This document shows positions 11,108 through 22,250 of a stretch of DNA of 64,000 bases, piece after piece. Source of the DNA: Waterburya sp. (GTDB lineage: Bacteria > Cyanobacteriota > Cyanobacteriia > Cyanobacteriales > Xenococcaceae); the NCBI GenBank assembly GCA_965217895.1, contig CBDCJV010000002.1:4512001-4576000 (forward strand), in the 5' to 3' direction. Within the stretch, counting starts at the first letter, position 1. Every line of letters starts with the position of its first letter. A program made the translations under genes and the position numbers. Under the pieces are notes generated by a model. The model was not told the DNA's origin. It was given only the letters and a program-made list of their open reading frames with translations, and did no database searches.

Positions 11108-11486
11108 ATCTATTAAACCTTTTAGCACTACGCTCTTGATTTTCTTTAAGCAAATACTCTAAAGTTATCTTAGAGTCGATTCGCTGTTGTCCATATTCAA
11201 CCATTTCTTCAACAGTCGCTTTAATCATAGCTGCGTCAAATTCGGCGGTGAATTCCTCCCACGCTTCGGAGAAAAGCTGTTTGATTATATCTTCGGGAAT
11301 ATCGCCTCGCTCGACCGTACCTGACGCGATTGCATCTGTTAAAATGTGCTTTCTAACTTTATCCCAAACTAAACGACGCAAGGTGTAAAACACTGCCTGC
11401 CATTTACGAAAAGCAGCCTTTTTTTCTTGTTCTTTGAGTGTTGGAACTTGGAACTTAGAAGATAAAGCGTTGTGATCGATTGTCAT
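11106..11486 (-). CDS. Hypothetical protein
   Basis: 126-aa ATG ORF with GAGG RBS. Confidence 0.6.
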   Translation of the reverse strand: MTIDHNALSSKFQVPTLKEQEKKAAFRKWQAVFYTLRRLVWDKVRKHILTDAIASGTVERGDIPEDIIKQLFSEAWEEFTAEFDAAMIKATVEEMVEYGQQRIDSKITLEYLLKENQERSAKRFNR

Positions 11487-11508
11487 GATTTTCCTCGTCT
11501 TGTTTTAT

Positions 11509-12661
11509 AGAACCTATTTGGGATCTATCTAACCAGCAGCTAATCTTTTGAGCATCAGTCTGACAAAACAAAGGTTAATCTTGGTGGTGGCATTCTCAAG
11601 AGTTCTTTCAAAATTCTTGACTAAACTTTTGCACCTTTGCATCCAGGAATTGGTTCTTTCTATAACCCACCTAGCTTTAACTGGTACAAATCCTGTTTTT
11701 CCTTCCTTTTTCTTTTGTGCTTTCGACGGTTTGGGCGAGAGCAAAAATTTGCTCTTGGTCATGATCTGAGGCTAAATTTTGGTCAACTCCTGGATTAATT
11801 TTTCTGGGTGGTATCCATTGTCAAGTAGAATGGTTATCCTAGGAATGTTGACAGGCTTCGATTTGAAGTAATCAATGTTATCTGACAACATTTCAATTAA
11901 ACCCAGATCATCTGACACTGAAGCTTTGGTGCAGTGAGTCAAGAAAGGAAAACCCCAAGTATCTACCGCTAAATGCCTCTTAATTCCGTTCGTAGATTTG
12001 TAAAAACAAAACCCCTTAGACTCTACACTGGCGTTACAAGTATTTTTTACCAACTCCTTCGGAGTTAAGTAGCAGCCGCGTGGAGTTCGCGCAGATAACA
12101 GATAGCAATTAAGTAACTCCGAAGTTGGTCTAAAGCGCAGAGCCTGAAAGGCTCAGATCGTCGTTGAAGACGACTGGCAACGCTTGCGCGTTGCGCTCTT
12201 TAAAGACGAAAAAAAATAAAACACATTTCTTTGTTTCAATCCTCTTGTTTTAACGAGAGGTAAAATTGCTACTTGCTACTTGCTACTTGCTACTTGTGAA
12301 CGCTTGTGAATCGATTATGATTAAGGTTGTCCATTTGGTTTTTTTTTATTTGTTGACGGACTTGACCATGTAATACATCCCTGATATCTTCGATTACTCC
12401 TTGTCCTCGCCACTGTTTGTAATGCCAAAATACTGTTGAGTAAGGTGGTAAATCTTTCGGTAAATCACACCAGTTACAGCCGTTCTTGAGTTGATACAAA
12501 ACCCCATCCAAGATTTCTCTTTTGCTCCATGTTGGAGGCTTGGTTCTTTTCTTCTTAGGCAATAGGGGTTCAACAATTTCCCCCTCTTTATCGGTCAAAC
12601 TGCTTGAATAAGGCATTTTGACCTGATTATACCTCTTTTACCAAGATCCCAAATGGCTTCT
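11509..12661 (-). mobile_element. IS5-family element with inactivated transposase
   Basis: IRs AGAACCTATTTGGGATCT / AGATCCCAAATGGCTTCT. MPYSSSLTD...DLPPYSTV, IIIDSQA, LLDNGY, RWVIERT. A-run frameshift, 250-bp insert (12051-12300), premature stop at 11772. Confidence 0.88.
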
Positions 12662-12793
12662 ATAAATTCATCTGGTTTTTATTTGAAATGACTATACAAC
12701 CACTTTGTATGTTTTTATACAGTATTAACTCAAGTTAATGTATACGGTATACAAGTAATTCAAGCAAACAAAAGTTATATCTTTTGGCATAAA

Positions 12794-13468
12794 ATGAACT
12801 ACGCATTTGATTTTTCCGTAATCTGGGAAAATATCGATGTCTTATTGGCTGGAGCTTGGCTGACTATAAAGATCTCGTTTCTGGCGATCGCCTTTGGCTT
12901 AGTTATTGGAATTTTGGGTTCACTATGTCGGACTTCTGACAATAAAATTCTTAATGCGATCGCTTTGGCTTATGTAGAAGTGATTCGCAACACGCCCTAT
13001 TTAATTCAGCTATTTTTTATCTTTTTTGGGTTGCCCAATCTAGGCATTAAGCTATCGGCAGAACAAGCAGCAATTCTGTCTTTAGCGGTTAATTTTGGCG
13101 CGTACTCTACAGAAATCGTGCGGGCTGGAGTCGAAAGTATCCCGAAAGGACAATGGGAAGCGGGGATGGCGATTGGCTTTAAGAAACTGGCGATATTTCG
13201 CTACATCATTATTCCGCCAGCTTTAGCCAATATCTATCGAGCTTTAATCGGTCAAGTTATTCTGGCTGTACTGTTTACTAGCGTCGTCTCACAAATTGCA
13301 GCCGAAGACTTAACTTATGCAGGAGATTATTTAAACTCTCGTACTTTTCGTAGCTTTGAGATTTATTTTACTCTCGCCCTGCTTTATTTAGCAATTGTTT
13401 GGCTAATAAAAGGGATGGCATTTCTAATTGAAAATCAGGCATTTAAATTTGCTAAATACAGACGTTAA
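12794..13468 (+). CDS. Polar amino acid ABC transporter permease
   Basis: YVEVIRNTP and SIPKGQWEAG EAA loop. Confidence 0.92.
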   Translation: MNYAFDFSVIWENIDVLLAGAWLTIKISFLAIAFGLVIGILGSLCRTSDNKILNAIALAYVEVIRNTPYLIQLFFIFFGLPNLGIKLSAEQAAILSLAVNFGAYSTEIVRAGVESIPKGQWEAGMAIGFKKLAIFRYIIIPPALANIYRALIGQVILAVLFTSVVSQIAAEDLTYAGDYLNSRTFRSFEIYFTLALLYLAIVWLIKGMAFLIENQAFKFAKYRR

Positions 13469-13473
13469 TTGCT

Positions 13474-14127
13474 ATGGACGGATTTACACTTTCTCGTATC
13501 TTTATTAACTTGGTCATCGCTACTAAGTGGACGTTAATTCTCAGTGCGATCGCCTTTATTGGGGGTGGTATTGTTGGTTTTATAGTTATGCTGATGCGGA
13601 TTTCTGCTAGTAAATGGCTAAGAGGTATTAGCTTTATCTACGTTGAGTTTTTCCAGGGAACACCCTTGCTGCTACAGCTATTTTTGGCATTCTTTGGTCT
13701 TTCGGTAGTGTTTGGCATAAACTTATCTCCCTTAGCAGCAGCTAGTTTGGCTTTGACAGGATTTACTAGTGCCTTTTTAGCTGATATTTGGCGCGGTTCG
13801 ATTGAATCTTTACCTCAAGGACAGTGGGAAGCGGGTTCGGCAATTGGCTTTGGCTATGTAAAACAAATGCAGCTAATTATCTTACCCCAAGCAGTAAGAA
13901 GTGCGATCGCACCTACTGTTGGCTTTTTAGTGCAGGTAATTAAAGGGACTTCTCTAGCTTCAATTATTGGCTTTACCGAACTATCGAGGGCAGCAGCTTT
14001 GATTAATAACGTAACTTTGCAATCACTTTTGATTTTTGGTTTGGCAGGTTTGATTTATTTTATAGTCTGCTATCCCCTATCCATCTGGAGTCAGCATTTA
14101 GAAAAGAAATTATCTTATGACGCTTAA
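13474..14127 (+). CDS. Polar amino acid ABC transporter permease
   Basis: QGTPLL, LPQGQWEAG, IKGTSLASII. Confidence 0.92.
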   Translation: MDGFTLSRIFINLVIATKWTLILSAIAFIGGGIVGFIVMLMRISASKWLRGISFIYVEFFQGTPLLLQLFLAFFGLSVVFGINLSPLAAASLALTGFTSAFLADIWRGSIESLPQGQWEAGSAIGFGYVKQMQLIILPQAVRSAIAPTVGFLVQVIKGTSLASIIGFTELSRAAALINNVTLQSLLIFGLAGLIYFIVCYPLSIWSQHLEKKLSYDA

Positions 14128-14142
14128 GGAAGAGCGATCTCT

Positions 14143-15045
14143 ATGACCTTAGATTTTCTCAAAGCATTGTTTCCCACCAGCTTTAAAAGAGCCTTGGCAT
14201 TATTCTTTGCCAGTTTTTTCCTAACGGTAAGTATTGCTTCCTGTTCGGGAGAAGATTCAGATTCAGTTAAATCCCAAGCAAATGTTTCAAGCGAAGATGT
14301 TGCCCAGATATCGACAGGAAAGACTTTAGAAGAGATCCAAAAGTCGGGAGAAATCAATATTGCCGTACCTGCTGACTTTCCTCCCTTTGGGGCGGTAGGA
14401 GTCAATATGCAGCCTCAGGGATATGATATCGACGTAGCTAATCAAATTGCTAAAGGATTGGGGGTAAAAGCAGAACTGGTCACGGTAGTTGGAAATTACC
14501 GCATTCCTTTTTTACAAACAGATCGGGTCGATCTAGTAGTTTCTAGCTTGGGCAAAAACGAAGAAAGAGCAGCAATTATTGACTTTTCCCAACCCTATGC
14601 ACCTTTTTTCTCTGGGGTTTATGGCAGACCTAATATTGAAATTAGTTCTCTTGACGATCTTAAAGGGCAGACTATAGGTGTGGCGCAAGGTTCTTTAGAA
14701 GACCTGGAAATCTCCAAGCTGCCTCCAGGTAAGGTAGATATTAAACGCTATGCCAACAATAGCTTGACGGCTTCGGCATTAGTATCGGGACAGGTAGATT
14801 TGATTGCCACAGCAAATGCAGTAGCAGCCAAATTAATTCAAGACAATCCCGACCAAAAAATTGAGAATAAATTTATCCTCAAAAATTCTCCTTGTTATGT
14901 TGGCATTCGGAAAGGGGATACAAAACTCTTACAAAAGGTGAATAATATTATTGCCAGTCTCAAACAATCTGGAAAATTAAATCAATTGTCTATGGAGTGG
15001 TTTGGTGAACCTCTACCCAAAGATTTTGCTACTGCTACTAGTTAG
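14143..15045 (+). CDS. Amino acid ABC transporter substrate-binding lipoprotein
   Basis: Lipobox IASC, DFPPFG, GYDIDVA, DFSQPY. Confidence 0.92.
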   Translation: MTLDFLKALFPTSFKRALALFFASFFLTVSIASCSGEDSDSVKSQANVSSEDVAQISTGKTLEEIQKSGEINIAVPADFPPFGAVGVNMQPQGYDIDVANQIAKGLGVKAELVTVVGNYRIPFLQTDRVDLVVSSLGKNEERAAIIDFSQPYAPFFSGVYGRPNIEISSLDDLKGQTIGVAQGSLEDLEISKLPPGKVDIKRYANNSLTASALVSGQVDLIATANAVAAKLIQDNPDQKIENKFILKNSPCYVGIRKGDTKLLQKVNNIIASLKQSGKLNQLSMEWFGEPLPKDFATATS

Positions 15046-15255
15046 CAAAATATAAGTAGACAAAAATTATAGTAAGTTTTTTGTGGAGCAATTATTAAGT
15101 CTAAATCAGTTAAGTTTTTTATCTGTGTATAAAGCAAATCAACACAAATAATAAATAATAATTTATATCTATAGTGAATTGCAACAAAAGCTACTGCATA
15201 GTCTGTATTTTACCAAGATAATCAATTCATAAATTATTTAACTAATCAGATAAAA

Positions 15256-16797
15256 ATGACTCAAACACAACAAAAATCATTATTAATACCGATATTGATT
15301 GGAATCATTGTTGGTATCTTAGTTGGTGGATTAATTCCCGCAGTGGGAACTTCTGTTTCTTTTATTGGGGAACTATTTATTAACGCCTTATTAATGTTAG
15401 TAATTCCTTTAGTAATGACCTCAATGATTACTAGTATTACTGGTTTGGGAGATGTTCGTCAATTAAGAGGAATTGGTGGTAAAACACTTTTTTTTTACGC
15501 TCTAACTATGGGATTAGCTGTTTTATTAGGCTTGATCTTAGTTAACATTATGCAACCAGGAATTGCTGATACCGAAGCCAAGCGAATTGCTCTTAGAGGC
15601 GGTCAAGTTTTAGAAAATGTTGACTACAGTATTAGCAAAAACACGATTAATCTTGATGGTGCAACTGTCAGAAAACCATTTGACGATCGCTATATGGCGA
15701 TTCTCAAAGACCAAAAGAATATTCGCGGTACGATCGCTCCTCAAGAGAAATTTCAAAATAATAGTATTACAGTAACGGGTTGGACTAATCCCGCAGGAGA
15801 GGCAGTTACACCAAATTCTACGGGTCAAGGTATACAATTGGATTTGACAGTTGCCGACAAGGTAAAAGGGAAAGAACAAAGCTCGATCGGCGACGTTCTC
15901 AAACAAGTCATTGTTGGTTTATTGCCCCAAAATCTCTTTGGAGCCATGGTGGATAATGATGTATTGCCCTTAATTATTTTCTCTTTATTATTTGGTGGTG
16001 TTTTAACTACTTTGGGGGAAATAGGCGAGGGAGTAATTCGCTTGGTTGAAGGTCTAAACGAAGCCATCATGAGAATTATCGATTTGGTTTTATTAACCGC
16101 CCCTTTCGGCATCGGTGCATTGATTGCAGGACGTTTGGGGGAAGCTGGAGGGTTTACTGGCTTTGTTAGCGAGTTTACCAGTTTGGGTAAATATGCAGCA
16201 ACGGTAATTATCGGTTTGTTAATTCATGGCTTGGTAATTTTACCTTTAATTTTAAAATTCGTCGGCAAACGCAACCCTTTCGTCTTTATCAAAAGGATGT
16301 TACCCGCTTTAACTACGGCTTTTTCCACCGCCTCTAGTTCTGCTACCCTGCCTTTGTCGATGGAGTGCGTCATCGAAAAGAACCATGTTTCTTCTAGAAT
16401 TGCTAATTTTGTCTTGCCTTTAGGGGCGACGATTAACATGGATGGCACGGCTCTTTATGAAGCTGTCGCTGCCGTGTTTATCGCCCAAATTTACGGCATT
16501 CAATTGGGTTTTGGTCAATTAGTGGTTATCTTCCTGACAGCGACTTTAGCAGCTATTGGTGCAGCAGGAATTCCCGAAGCGGGCTTGGTAACTATGGTCA
16601 TCGTGCTACGAGCAGTTGATCTGCCTATTGAAGGTGTTTCTTTGATTTTGGTAATTGACTGGTTTCTCGATCGCTGTCGTACAACCATTAATGTCTGGGG
16701 AGATTGTGTGGTTGCAGGAGTAATTGATCGCCTAGAAAAAGGCAAAGGCACACCAGCAACTGTAGAAGAGCCAGTAGTAATCCCTACTGCTATTTAA
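15256..16797 (+). CDS. Dicarboxylate/amino acid:cation symporter (DAACS)
   Basis: FSTASSSATLP, GATINMDGTA, DRCRT. Confidence 0.93.
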   Translation: MTQTQQKSLLIPILIGIIVGILVGGLIPAVGTSVSFIGELFINALLMLVIPLVMTSMITSITGLGDVRQLRGIGGKTLFFYALTMGLAVLLGLILVNIMQPGIADTEAKRIALRGGQVLENVDYSISKNTINLDGATVRKPFDDRYMAILKDQKNIRGTIAPQEKFQNNSITVTGWTNPAGEAVTPNSTGQGIQLDLTVADKVKGKEQSSIGDVLKQVIVGLLPQNLFGAMVDNDVLPLIIFSLLFGGVLTTLGEIGEGVIRLVEGLNEAIMRIIDLVLLTAPFGIGALIAGRLGEAGGFTGFVSEFTSLGKYAATVIIGLLIHGLVILPLILKFVGKRNPFVFIKRMLPALTTAFSTASSSATLPLSMECVIEKNHVSSRIANFVLPLGATINMDGTALYEAVAAVFIAQIYGIQLGFGQLVVIFLTATLAAIGAAGIPEAGLVTMVIVLRAVDLPIEGVSLILVIDWFLDRCRTTINVWGDCVVAGVIDRLEKGKGTPATVEEPVVIPTAI

Positions 16798-16847
16798 ATC
16801 TAAGTAGTAGTAGCTTATTCTCGATAAAAACAAGCCAAGAGCTATAA

Positions 16848-17612
16848 ATGATACTAATCGTTATTTTTCTAACAGGAATTATAGCTGGCTTCGTAGATGC
16901 GATCGCTGGTGGTGGTGGCATGATTATGATTCCAGGCTTAATCTTTAGCGGCTTACCCGTAGCAACGGCGATCGCCACTAACAAACTCTGTGGAACTTGT
17001 GGTGTGCTAACTAGTTCTTTTAAATTTGCTCAAGCCAAGCAGGTTGATTGGCAAGCCTGTATTTATATGGGTATTCCAGCGGTTTTTGGTTCTTGGTTTG
17101 GTAGTCTTTCGATTGATTTTTTACCTAAAGCTTGGGCAGAACCAATCGTAATTTTATTGATGGTGGCAATTACTTTATTTGTCGTCTTCAAACCCAACTT
17201 TGGCTTAGAAAAAGCCAATATGGCGATCGCCAAAGCTCATAATTCAATCCAGATTATAAAACTGGCGTTCTTTGGCTTAATTATTGGTTTTCACGATGGT
17301 TTTTTTGGTCCTGGGGCAGGTACTTTTTTGGTATTTGCCTTAGTGTCTATCTGGTCATTAGACTTTCTTCGTGGCACTGGTTCGGCTAAGGTCATCAACC
17401 TATTGACTAATCTTATTGCCCTCATATCTTTCTGGATTTTGGGTGCAATTAGTTTCCCCGAAGGTATTTCTGGCGCGGTTGGAGTGGCTATTGGTGCTTA
17501 TTTTGGCTCGACATTCGCTACCAAAAAAGGAGCTAAGTTTATCAAACCGATTTTTATTACCGTTACCACAGTTTTGGTCGGCAAATTGCTGTGGGAATAT
17601 TTTTATCGTTAA
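16848..17612 (+). CDS. TSUP (TauE/SafE) family transporter
   Basis: [24 protein letters not shown]. Confidence 0.9.
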   Translation: MILIVIFLTGIIAGFVDAIAGGGGMIMIPGLIFSGLPVATAIATNKLCGTCGVLTSSFKFAQAKQVDWQACIYMGIPAVFGSWFGSLSIDFLPKAWAEPIVILLMVAITLFVVFKPNFGLEKANMAIAKAHNSIQIIKLAFFGLIIGFHDGFFGPGAGTFLVFALVSIWSLDFLRGTGSAKVINLLTNLIALISFWILGAISFPEGISGAVGVAIGAYFGSTFATKKGAKFIKPIFITVTTVLVGKLLWEYFYR

Positions 17613-17656
17613 CCAAGATTTCAAAATTAAACTGTTTCAATATCGAAGGAAAAAAA

Positions 17657-18445
17657 ATGACTAACTTTCAACCGCAATCAAACTCATCAAATACAACTAC
17701 CTTAGAAACAAAACCAATTATTGTCGCCCGTGACGTAGAAAAATGGTATGACAATGGTTTTCACGTACTCAAAGGAGTAAGCACAACCATCAATCAAGGT
17801 GAGGTTGTCGTGCTAATGGGCCCCTCTGGTTCAGGTAAATCTACCTTTATTCGCACCTTTAACGGTTTAGAACCCTATCAAAAAGGCAGTATTGCCATTG
17901 ATGGTACGGCGATCGCTCACAATAATAAAGGAATCGAACTATTACGCCGAGAAGTGGGCATGGTATTCCAACAGTTTAATCTGTTTCCTCATTTGACGGT
18001 GCTTAACAACATTACTTTAGGACCAATTCACCTGCGAGGCTTATCTAAACCCCAAGCCAAGGCAAATGCTATGGAACTATTAGAAAAGGTTGGTATTGCC
18101 CATCAAGCCAATAAATATCCAGGTCAACTTTCTGGGGGTCAACAACAAAGAGTTGCGATCGCCCGTGCTTTAGCCATGCAGCCTAAAGTGATGCTGTTTG
18201 ACGAACCTACCAGCGCACTCGATCCAGAAATGGTCAGAGAGGTATTAGATGTAATGCGGAAATTGGCAGAATCGGGAATGACTATGGTTTGCGTCACTCA
18301 TGAGGTCGGCTTTGCCCGCGAAGTAGCCGATCGCATTATCTTTCTAGCAGATGGTACTCTGGTTGCTGACACCACGCCCGATGAATTTTTTAATAATCCA
18401 AAGGAAGAACGTTTACAAAAGTTCCTCTCTCAGATTTTGCATTAG
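17657..18445 (+). CDS. Amino acid ABC transporter ATP-binding protein (likely start ATG 17657)
   Basis: [25 protein letters not shown]. Confidence 0.93.
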   Translation: MTNFQPQSNSSNTTTLETKPIIVARDVEKWYDNGFHVLKGVSTTINQGEVVVLMGPSGSGKSTFIRTFNGLEPYQKGSIAIDGTAIAHNNKGIELLRREVGMVFQQFNLFPHLTVLNNITLGPIHLRGLSKPQAKANAMELLEKVGIAHQANKYPGQLSGGQQQRVAIARALAMQPKVMLFDEPTSALDPEMVREVLDVMRKLAESGMTMVCVTHEVGFAREVADRIIFLADGTLVADTTPDEFFNNPKEERLQKFLSQILH

Positions 18446-18472
18446 TAGGGGCAAATGGCTGTTCGCCCTTAC
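18445..18472. repeat. GTAG-type REP-like palindrome (relatives near 49378, 52023, 63847)
   Basis: GTAGGGGCAAATGGCTGTTCGCCCTTAC just after a stop codon. Confidence 0.6.
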
Positions 18473-18789
18473 ATCTAATCTAGTTTGCGCTTTTTTGTCG
18501 AGCGGGATTTTTGATGCCAGAAAATCCGTAGGACATCAGAATTGCTGCGGTTTGAGGATTAACTGACTCGGCAGCAGTTTTGTTTTGGTGATTAGAAAAC
18601 GATTTAAACAATCTCATTATGTTTGCCCCTTAGCTGAAATGACTTGAGGCGCGTTCCTTCAGGCTATTCCTTACTTCCGTCCTAATTTACTTGACTTAAT
18701 TTGAGGATGAACGTTTTATTTTCTGTATTTCGCAATTGATCGATAAGATTAAGTCCTATCGCTTTTTTTGCCTTAATTATGAACCAGTC

Positions 18790-18990
18790 TTAGAAGTCTA
18801 CACCATAGGCAGAACTTAAATATCTGCTCATGTTAATGAATTTTTCTGTAGTCCAAACATCTGCTTTTTTGCTGAATTTAGCGGAATTTAGCCCTGGATT
18901 ATAGGCTTTGCCTAAGTTATTACTAAAGTCGATAAATTTTTTGCTGTTCCAAGCTTGATTGTTAGATGTTGCGTTGCGGTCGATACTCAT
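18790..18990 (-). CDS. Small hypothetical protein
   Basis: 66-aa ATG ORF with AGGAG RBS. Confidence 0.6.
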   Translation of the reverse strand: MSIDRNATSNNQAWNSKKFIDFSNNLGKAYNPGLNSAKFSKKADVWTTEKFINMSRYLSSAYGVDF

Positions 18991-19383
18991 AACTGATCTC
19001 CTTTTTGTTTTCTGTAGCTAAATATACCTTTTGTATATATTTAGATAATAGCTTGAGCTAGATCTAAAAGCCAAGGTGGTAACATCCGTACAAGATATTG
19101 TTAAGTGTTTAAAGGTTACTCAGTATGGTTTGTCGGCATTTGTTAAATACTTGTTTTTTGAATATTGAATATTGAATATTGTATATAGCTACTCCGAATA
19201 AAAGCGCGATCGGTAATTATCTAAGAATATTAAATAATAAATGTCTTATCCCAGAGATTTAATCGGTATTAATATTAATGTTGTTTTTATTACTAACAAG
19301 GTAGTTAAATACACTGAAATAATCTTTTCAGGTTCATTAACCTGTAGTTAACTAAATATTAACTACGGTTCAAATTTATTCAG

Positions 19384-20808
19384 ATGATTTTGCCAAATTC
19401 GATTGATTTACTAGCATTCACCGATATATTTCGATTGTCAAATTCTCATCTGTTGCTAACAACTGAAATCGCCCAAGCCGATCCTTCAATTGTCTTGGCG
19501 GGGGTGTTACTTAGTGCCGTTACTATCTATTTTGCTGCCAAACTGGGTGGGGAAATTTGCGCTGCTTTTGATTTTCCCTCCGTTTTGGGAGAACTAATCG
19601 CTGGTGTCATTGTCGGTGTTTCTGTTTTGCATTTTTTGGTCTTTCCCGAAGGAGGAATTGAAGCGGGTGACTCCCTAATTATGCAGTTTTTGCAGATGAC
19701 CTCGGACTTAAATCCAGAAAATGCGGCTGTAACTTTTCATCTCCAGTCTGAAGTGATTTCTTTGCTAGCTGAGATCGGAGTCATTGTGCTGTTGTTTGAA
19801 ATTGGTTTAGAATCCAACCTCAAAGAGTTGATGGAGGTAGGTACTCAGGCTCTTACCGTAGCTATTATTGGCGTAATTGCTCCTTTTGCTGCTGGTACTG
19901 CGGGATTGATGATTATTTTTAGCATTCCTGCTATTCCTGCAATTTTTGCGGGTGCTGCTCTTACAGCCACTAGTATCGGCATTACTTCTAGAGTACTCTC
20001 GGAAATGGGACAGCTAACTTCTAAAGAAGGGCAAATAATTTTAGGTGCTGCGGTAATTGATGATGTCTTGGGAGTAATTGTTTTAGCCGTGGCAGCAAGT
20101 TTAGCCAAAACAGGAGAGGTTGATGTTGGTAACGTTATTTATTTGATTATTAGTGCCACTGGATTTTTAGTGGGGGCGATTTTATTGGGTAATGTCTTTA
20201 ATAGAAGCTTTGTCAAAATAGTTGAGCTATTAAAAACTCGTGGAGGTTTAATAGTTCCTGCTTTTACCTTTGCTTTTGTGATGGCATACTTGGCAACTGC
20301 AATTCACTTAGAAGCGATTTTGGGAGCATTTGCTGCGGGACTAGTTTTGGATGAAACCGATAGGAGAAGAGAGCTACAGCGTCTAGTTGAGCCTGTATCG
20401 GATATGCTCGTGCCAATCTTTTTTATTGCGGTGGGTGCCAAAACTAACTTAGGCGTGTTGAATCCAATCAACCCTGAGAATAGGGAAGGCTTAATTATCG
20501 CTGCTTTTCTAATTACTGTCGCTATTATTGGTAAGGTTTTGGCAGGATTTACTGTATTTGGTCAGCCAGATTTGGACAAGTTGGCGATTGGTGTTGGTAT
20601 GATTCCCAGAGGAGAGGTGGGTTTGGTGTTTGTGGCGGTTGGTTCATCGAGCGGTGTTTTGACTCCATCACTAGAAGCGGGAATTGTCGTTATGGTAATT
20701 GCCACTACTTTTATTGCACCTGCTTTGCTGCGGCTTGTCTTTAAGTCGGAAGAGAAGATAGTAGAAGCCTCGTCAGAAATGTCTTCTGTTCCTGAGACCA
20801 CTTTGTAA
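19384..20808 (+). CDS. Na+/H+ antiporter (CPA2, NhaS3-like)
   Basis: LLFEIGLES, ATSIGIT, AAVIDD, GMIPRGEVG. Confidence 0.9.
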   Translation: MILPNSIDLLAFTDIFRLSNSHLLLTTEIAQADPSIVLAGVLLSAVTIYFAAKLGGEICAAFDFPSVLGELIAGVIVGVSVLHFLVFPEGGIEAGDSLIMQFLQMTSDLNPENAAVTFHLQSEVISLLAEIGVIVLLFEIGLESNLKELMEVGTQALTVAIIGVIAPFAAGTAGLMIIFSIPAIPAIFAGAALTATSIGITSRVLSEMGQLTSKEGQIILGAAVIDDVLGVIVLAVAASLAKTGEVDVGNVIYLIISATGFLVGAILLGNVFNRSFVKIVELLKTRGGLIVPAFTFAFVMAYLATAIHLEAILGAFAAGLVLDETDRRRELQRLVEPVSDMLVPIFFIAVGAKTNLGVLNPINPENREGLIIAAFLITVAIIGKVLAGFTVFGQPDLDKLAIGVGMIPRGEVGLVFVAVGSSSGVLTPSLEAGIVVMVIATTFIAPALLRLVFKSEEKIVEASSEMSSVPETTL

Positions 20809-20840
20809 TTAGTATAATTTTACATTTCCTCCCCAACGAC

Positions 20841-20875
20841 AAAGCGATAGGCATAAAGTTCTATCGCTTTTTTTA
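20841..20875 (+). terminator. Rho-independent terminator
   Basis: AAAGCGATAG-loop-CTATCGCTTT followed by a T run. Confidence 0.75.
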
Positions 20876-21207
20876 TTAATATTCATCTGTATAGTTTTGA
20901 TGTTTTAAGTTCTTAGAAAAGCTAGTAATCAAATAATTACAATATAGTTTAACAGCACATTTTAATTAACAGCAAATTAAGAAAAGAATAATTTTTTTTA
21001 ACATTACTTTTTATAAAATATATCTATCTGAAGATAGAATATGTTTTTCGTGTTTTACAATTATATTTAAACGCAAAGACAGATAATAATTTTTAGATTT
21101 GGAAATCATTATTATTGTATAATTATAGGTTTTTAATTTTGATAAAAATTGATAATTGCCTAGGAAAAACTATTAAAAATCTAAATTAGAAACCCTTTTA
21201 CAAAATT

Positions 21208-22158
21208 ATGACTTCTACTACTGTTAACTCAAAAACAAATAATAAAAAACGTTCTTCTACAGAAAAACGTATTGATCGCGGTTTTATTTGGCTAACGGCT
21301 ATCTTAGCGTTTGCGATCGCCGGAGTTTTAGTTTGGATCGCAATTCAGGTAGGGCTTGAAGCTGTTCCTGCCATCAAAGAATATGGCTTACCTTTCTTAA
21401 CGGGCAGTTCCTGGAATCCTCCCGAAAAACAATATGCGATTTTGCCGATGATTTATGGCACGGTAGTTAGTTCTCTTATTGCTTTACTGATTGCTTTTCC
21501 TATTGGAGTGGCCTGTGCGATTGTTTTGAGTGAAAACTTTATTCCTAAGTCCGCGCGTCTGATTTTAGTATTCTTAGTTGAGCTACTAGCAGCGATTCCC
21601 AGCGTAGTCTATGGATTATGGGGAATATATGTATTAATTCCCTTTCTTAAGCCGATTGGCTCTTGGTTACATAATAATTTAGGCTGGATTCCCTTATTTT
21701 CAACCAACTATGTTGGTCCTGGGATGTTTCCTGCGGGGATAATTTTGTCCATTATGATTTTACCCTTAATTACGGCGATCGCTCGTGATTCTCTAGCTTC
21801 CTTGCCCGACAATCTCCGTTCGGGTTCTTATGCAGTAGGTTCAACCCGCTGGCAAACTATTTTTAGCATCCTAATTCCTGCTGCTTTTTCGGGAATTATC
21901 GGTGGTACGATGCTGGCTTTAGGTAGGGCTTTGGGGGAAACGATGGCAGCAACTTTAGTCATTGGTAATAGTAACGCTCTTAATTTCTCTATACTTGCTC
22001 CTGCCAATACTATTGCATCCTTGATGGCAAATCAGTTTTCTGAAGCCAGTGGTTTACAAAGACAATCTTTGATGTATGCAGGATTGGTCTTATTCGCCAT
22101 TACCTTAGTGGTCAATATTTTGGCAGAGTTGATTATTCAGAAAGTGAAAAAGTATTGA
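21208..22158 (+). CDS. pstC: Phosphate ABC transporter permease PstC
   Basis: ELLAAIPSVVYGLWG, GRALGETMA. Confidence 0.95.
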   Translation: MTSTTVNSKTNNKKRSSTEKRIDRGFIWLTAILAFAIAGVLVWIAIQVGLEAVPAIKEYGLPFLTGSSWNPPEKQYAILPMIYGTVVSSLIALLIAFPIGVACAIVLSENFIPKSARLILVFLVELLAAIPSVVYGLWGIYVLIPFLKPIGSWLHNNLGWIPLFSTNYVGPGMFPAGIILSIMILPLITAIARDSLASLPDNLRSGSYAVGSTRWQTIFSILIPAAFSGIIGGTMLALGRALGETMAATLVIGNSNALNFSILAPANTIASLMANQFSEASGLQRQSLMYAGLVLFAITLVVNILAELIIQKVKKY

Positions 22159-22250
22159 ATAAAGCTATTAGCTTTTAGCTCTTAGCTCTAAAATTACTCC
22201 CTGTAAGAACGAACTAGGTCACATCAATACTTACTACCTACTACCTAATC

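Noticed and set aside
15610..16984. Minus-strand ORFs over the DAACS/TSUP genes
   Set aside because: Antisense shadows of hydrophobic membrane-protein codons.
20940..21200. Pho box upstream of pstC; absence of pstS
   Set aside because: TTAAC-like words are present, but the region is too AT-rich to call a site; pstS is often encoded elsewhere.
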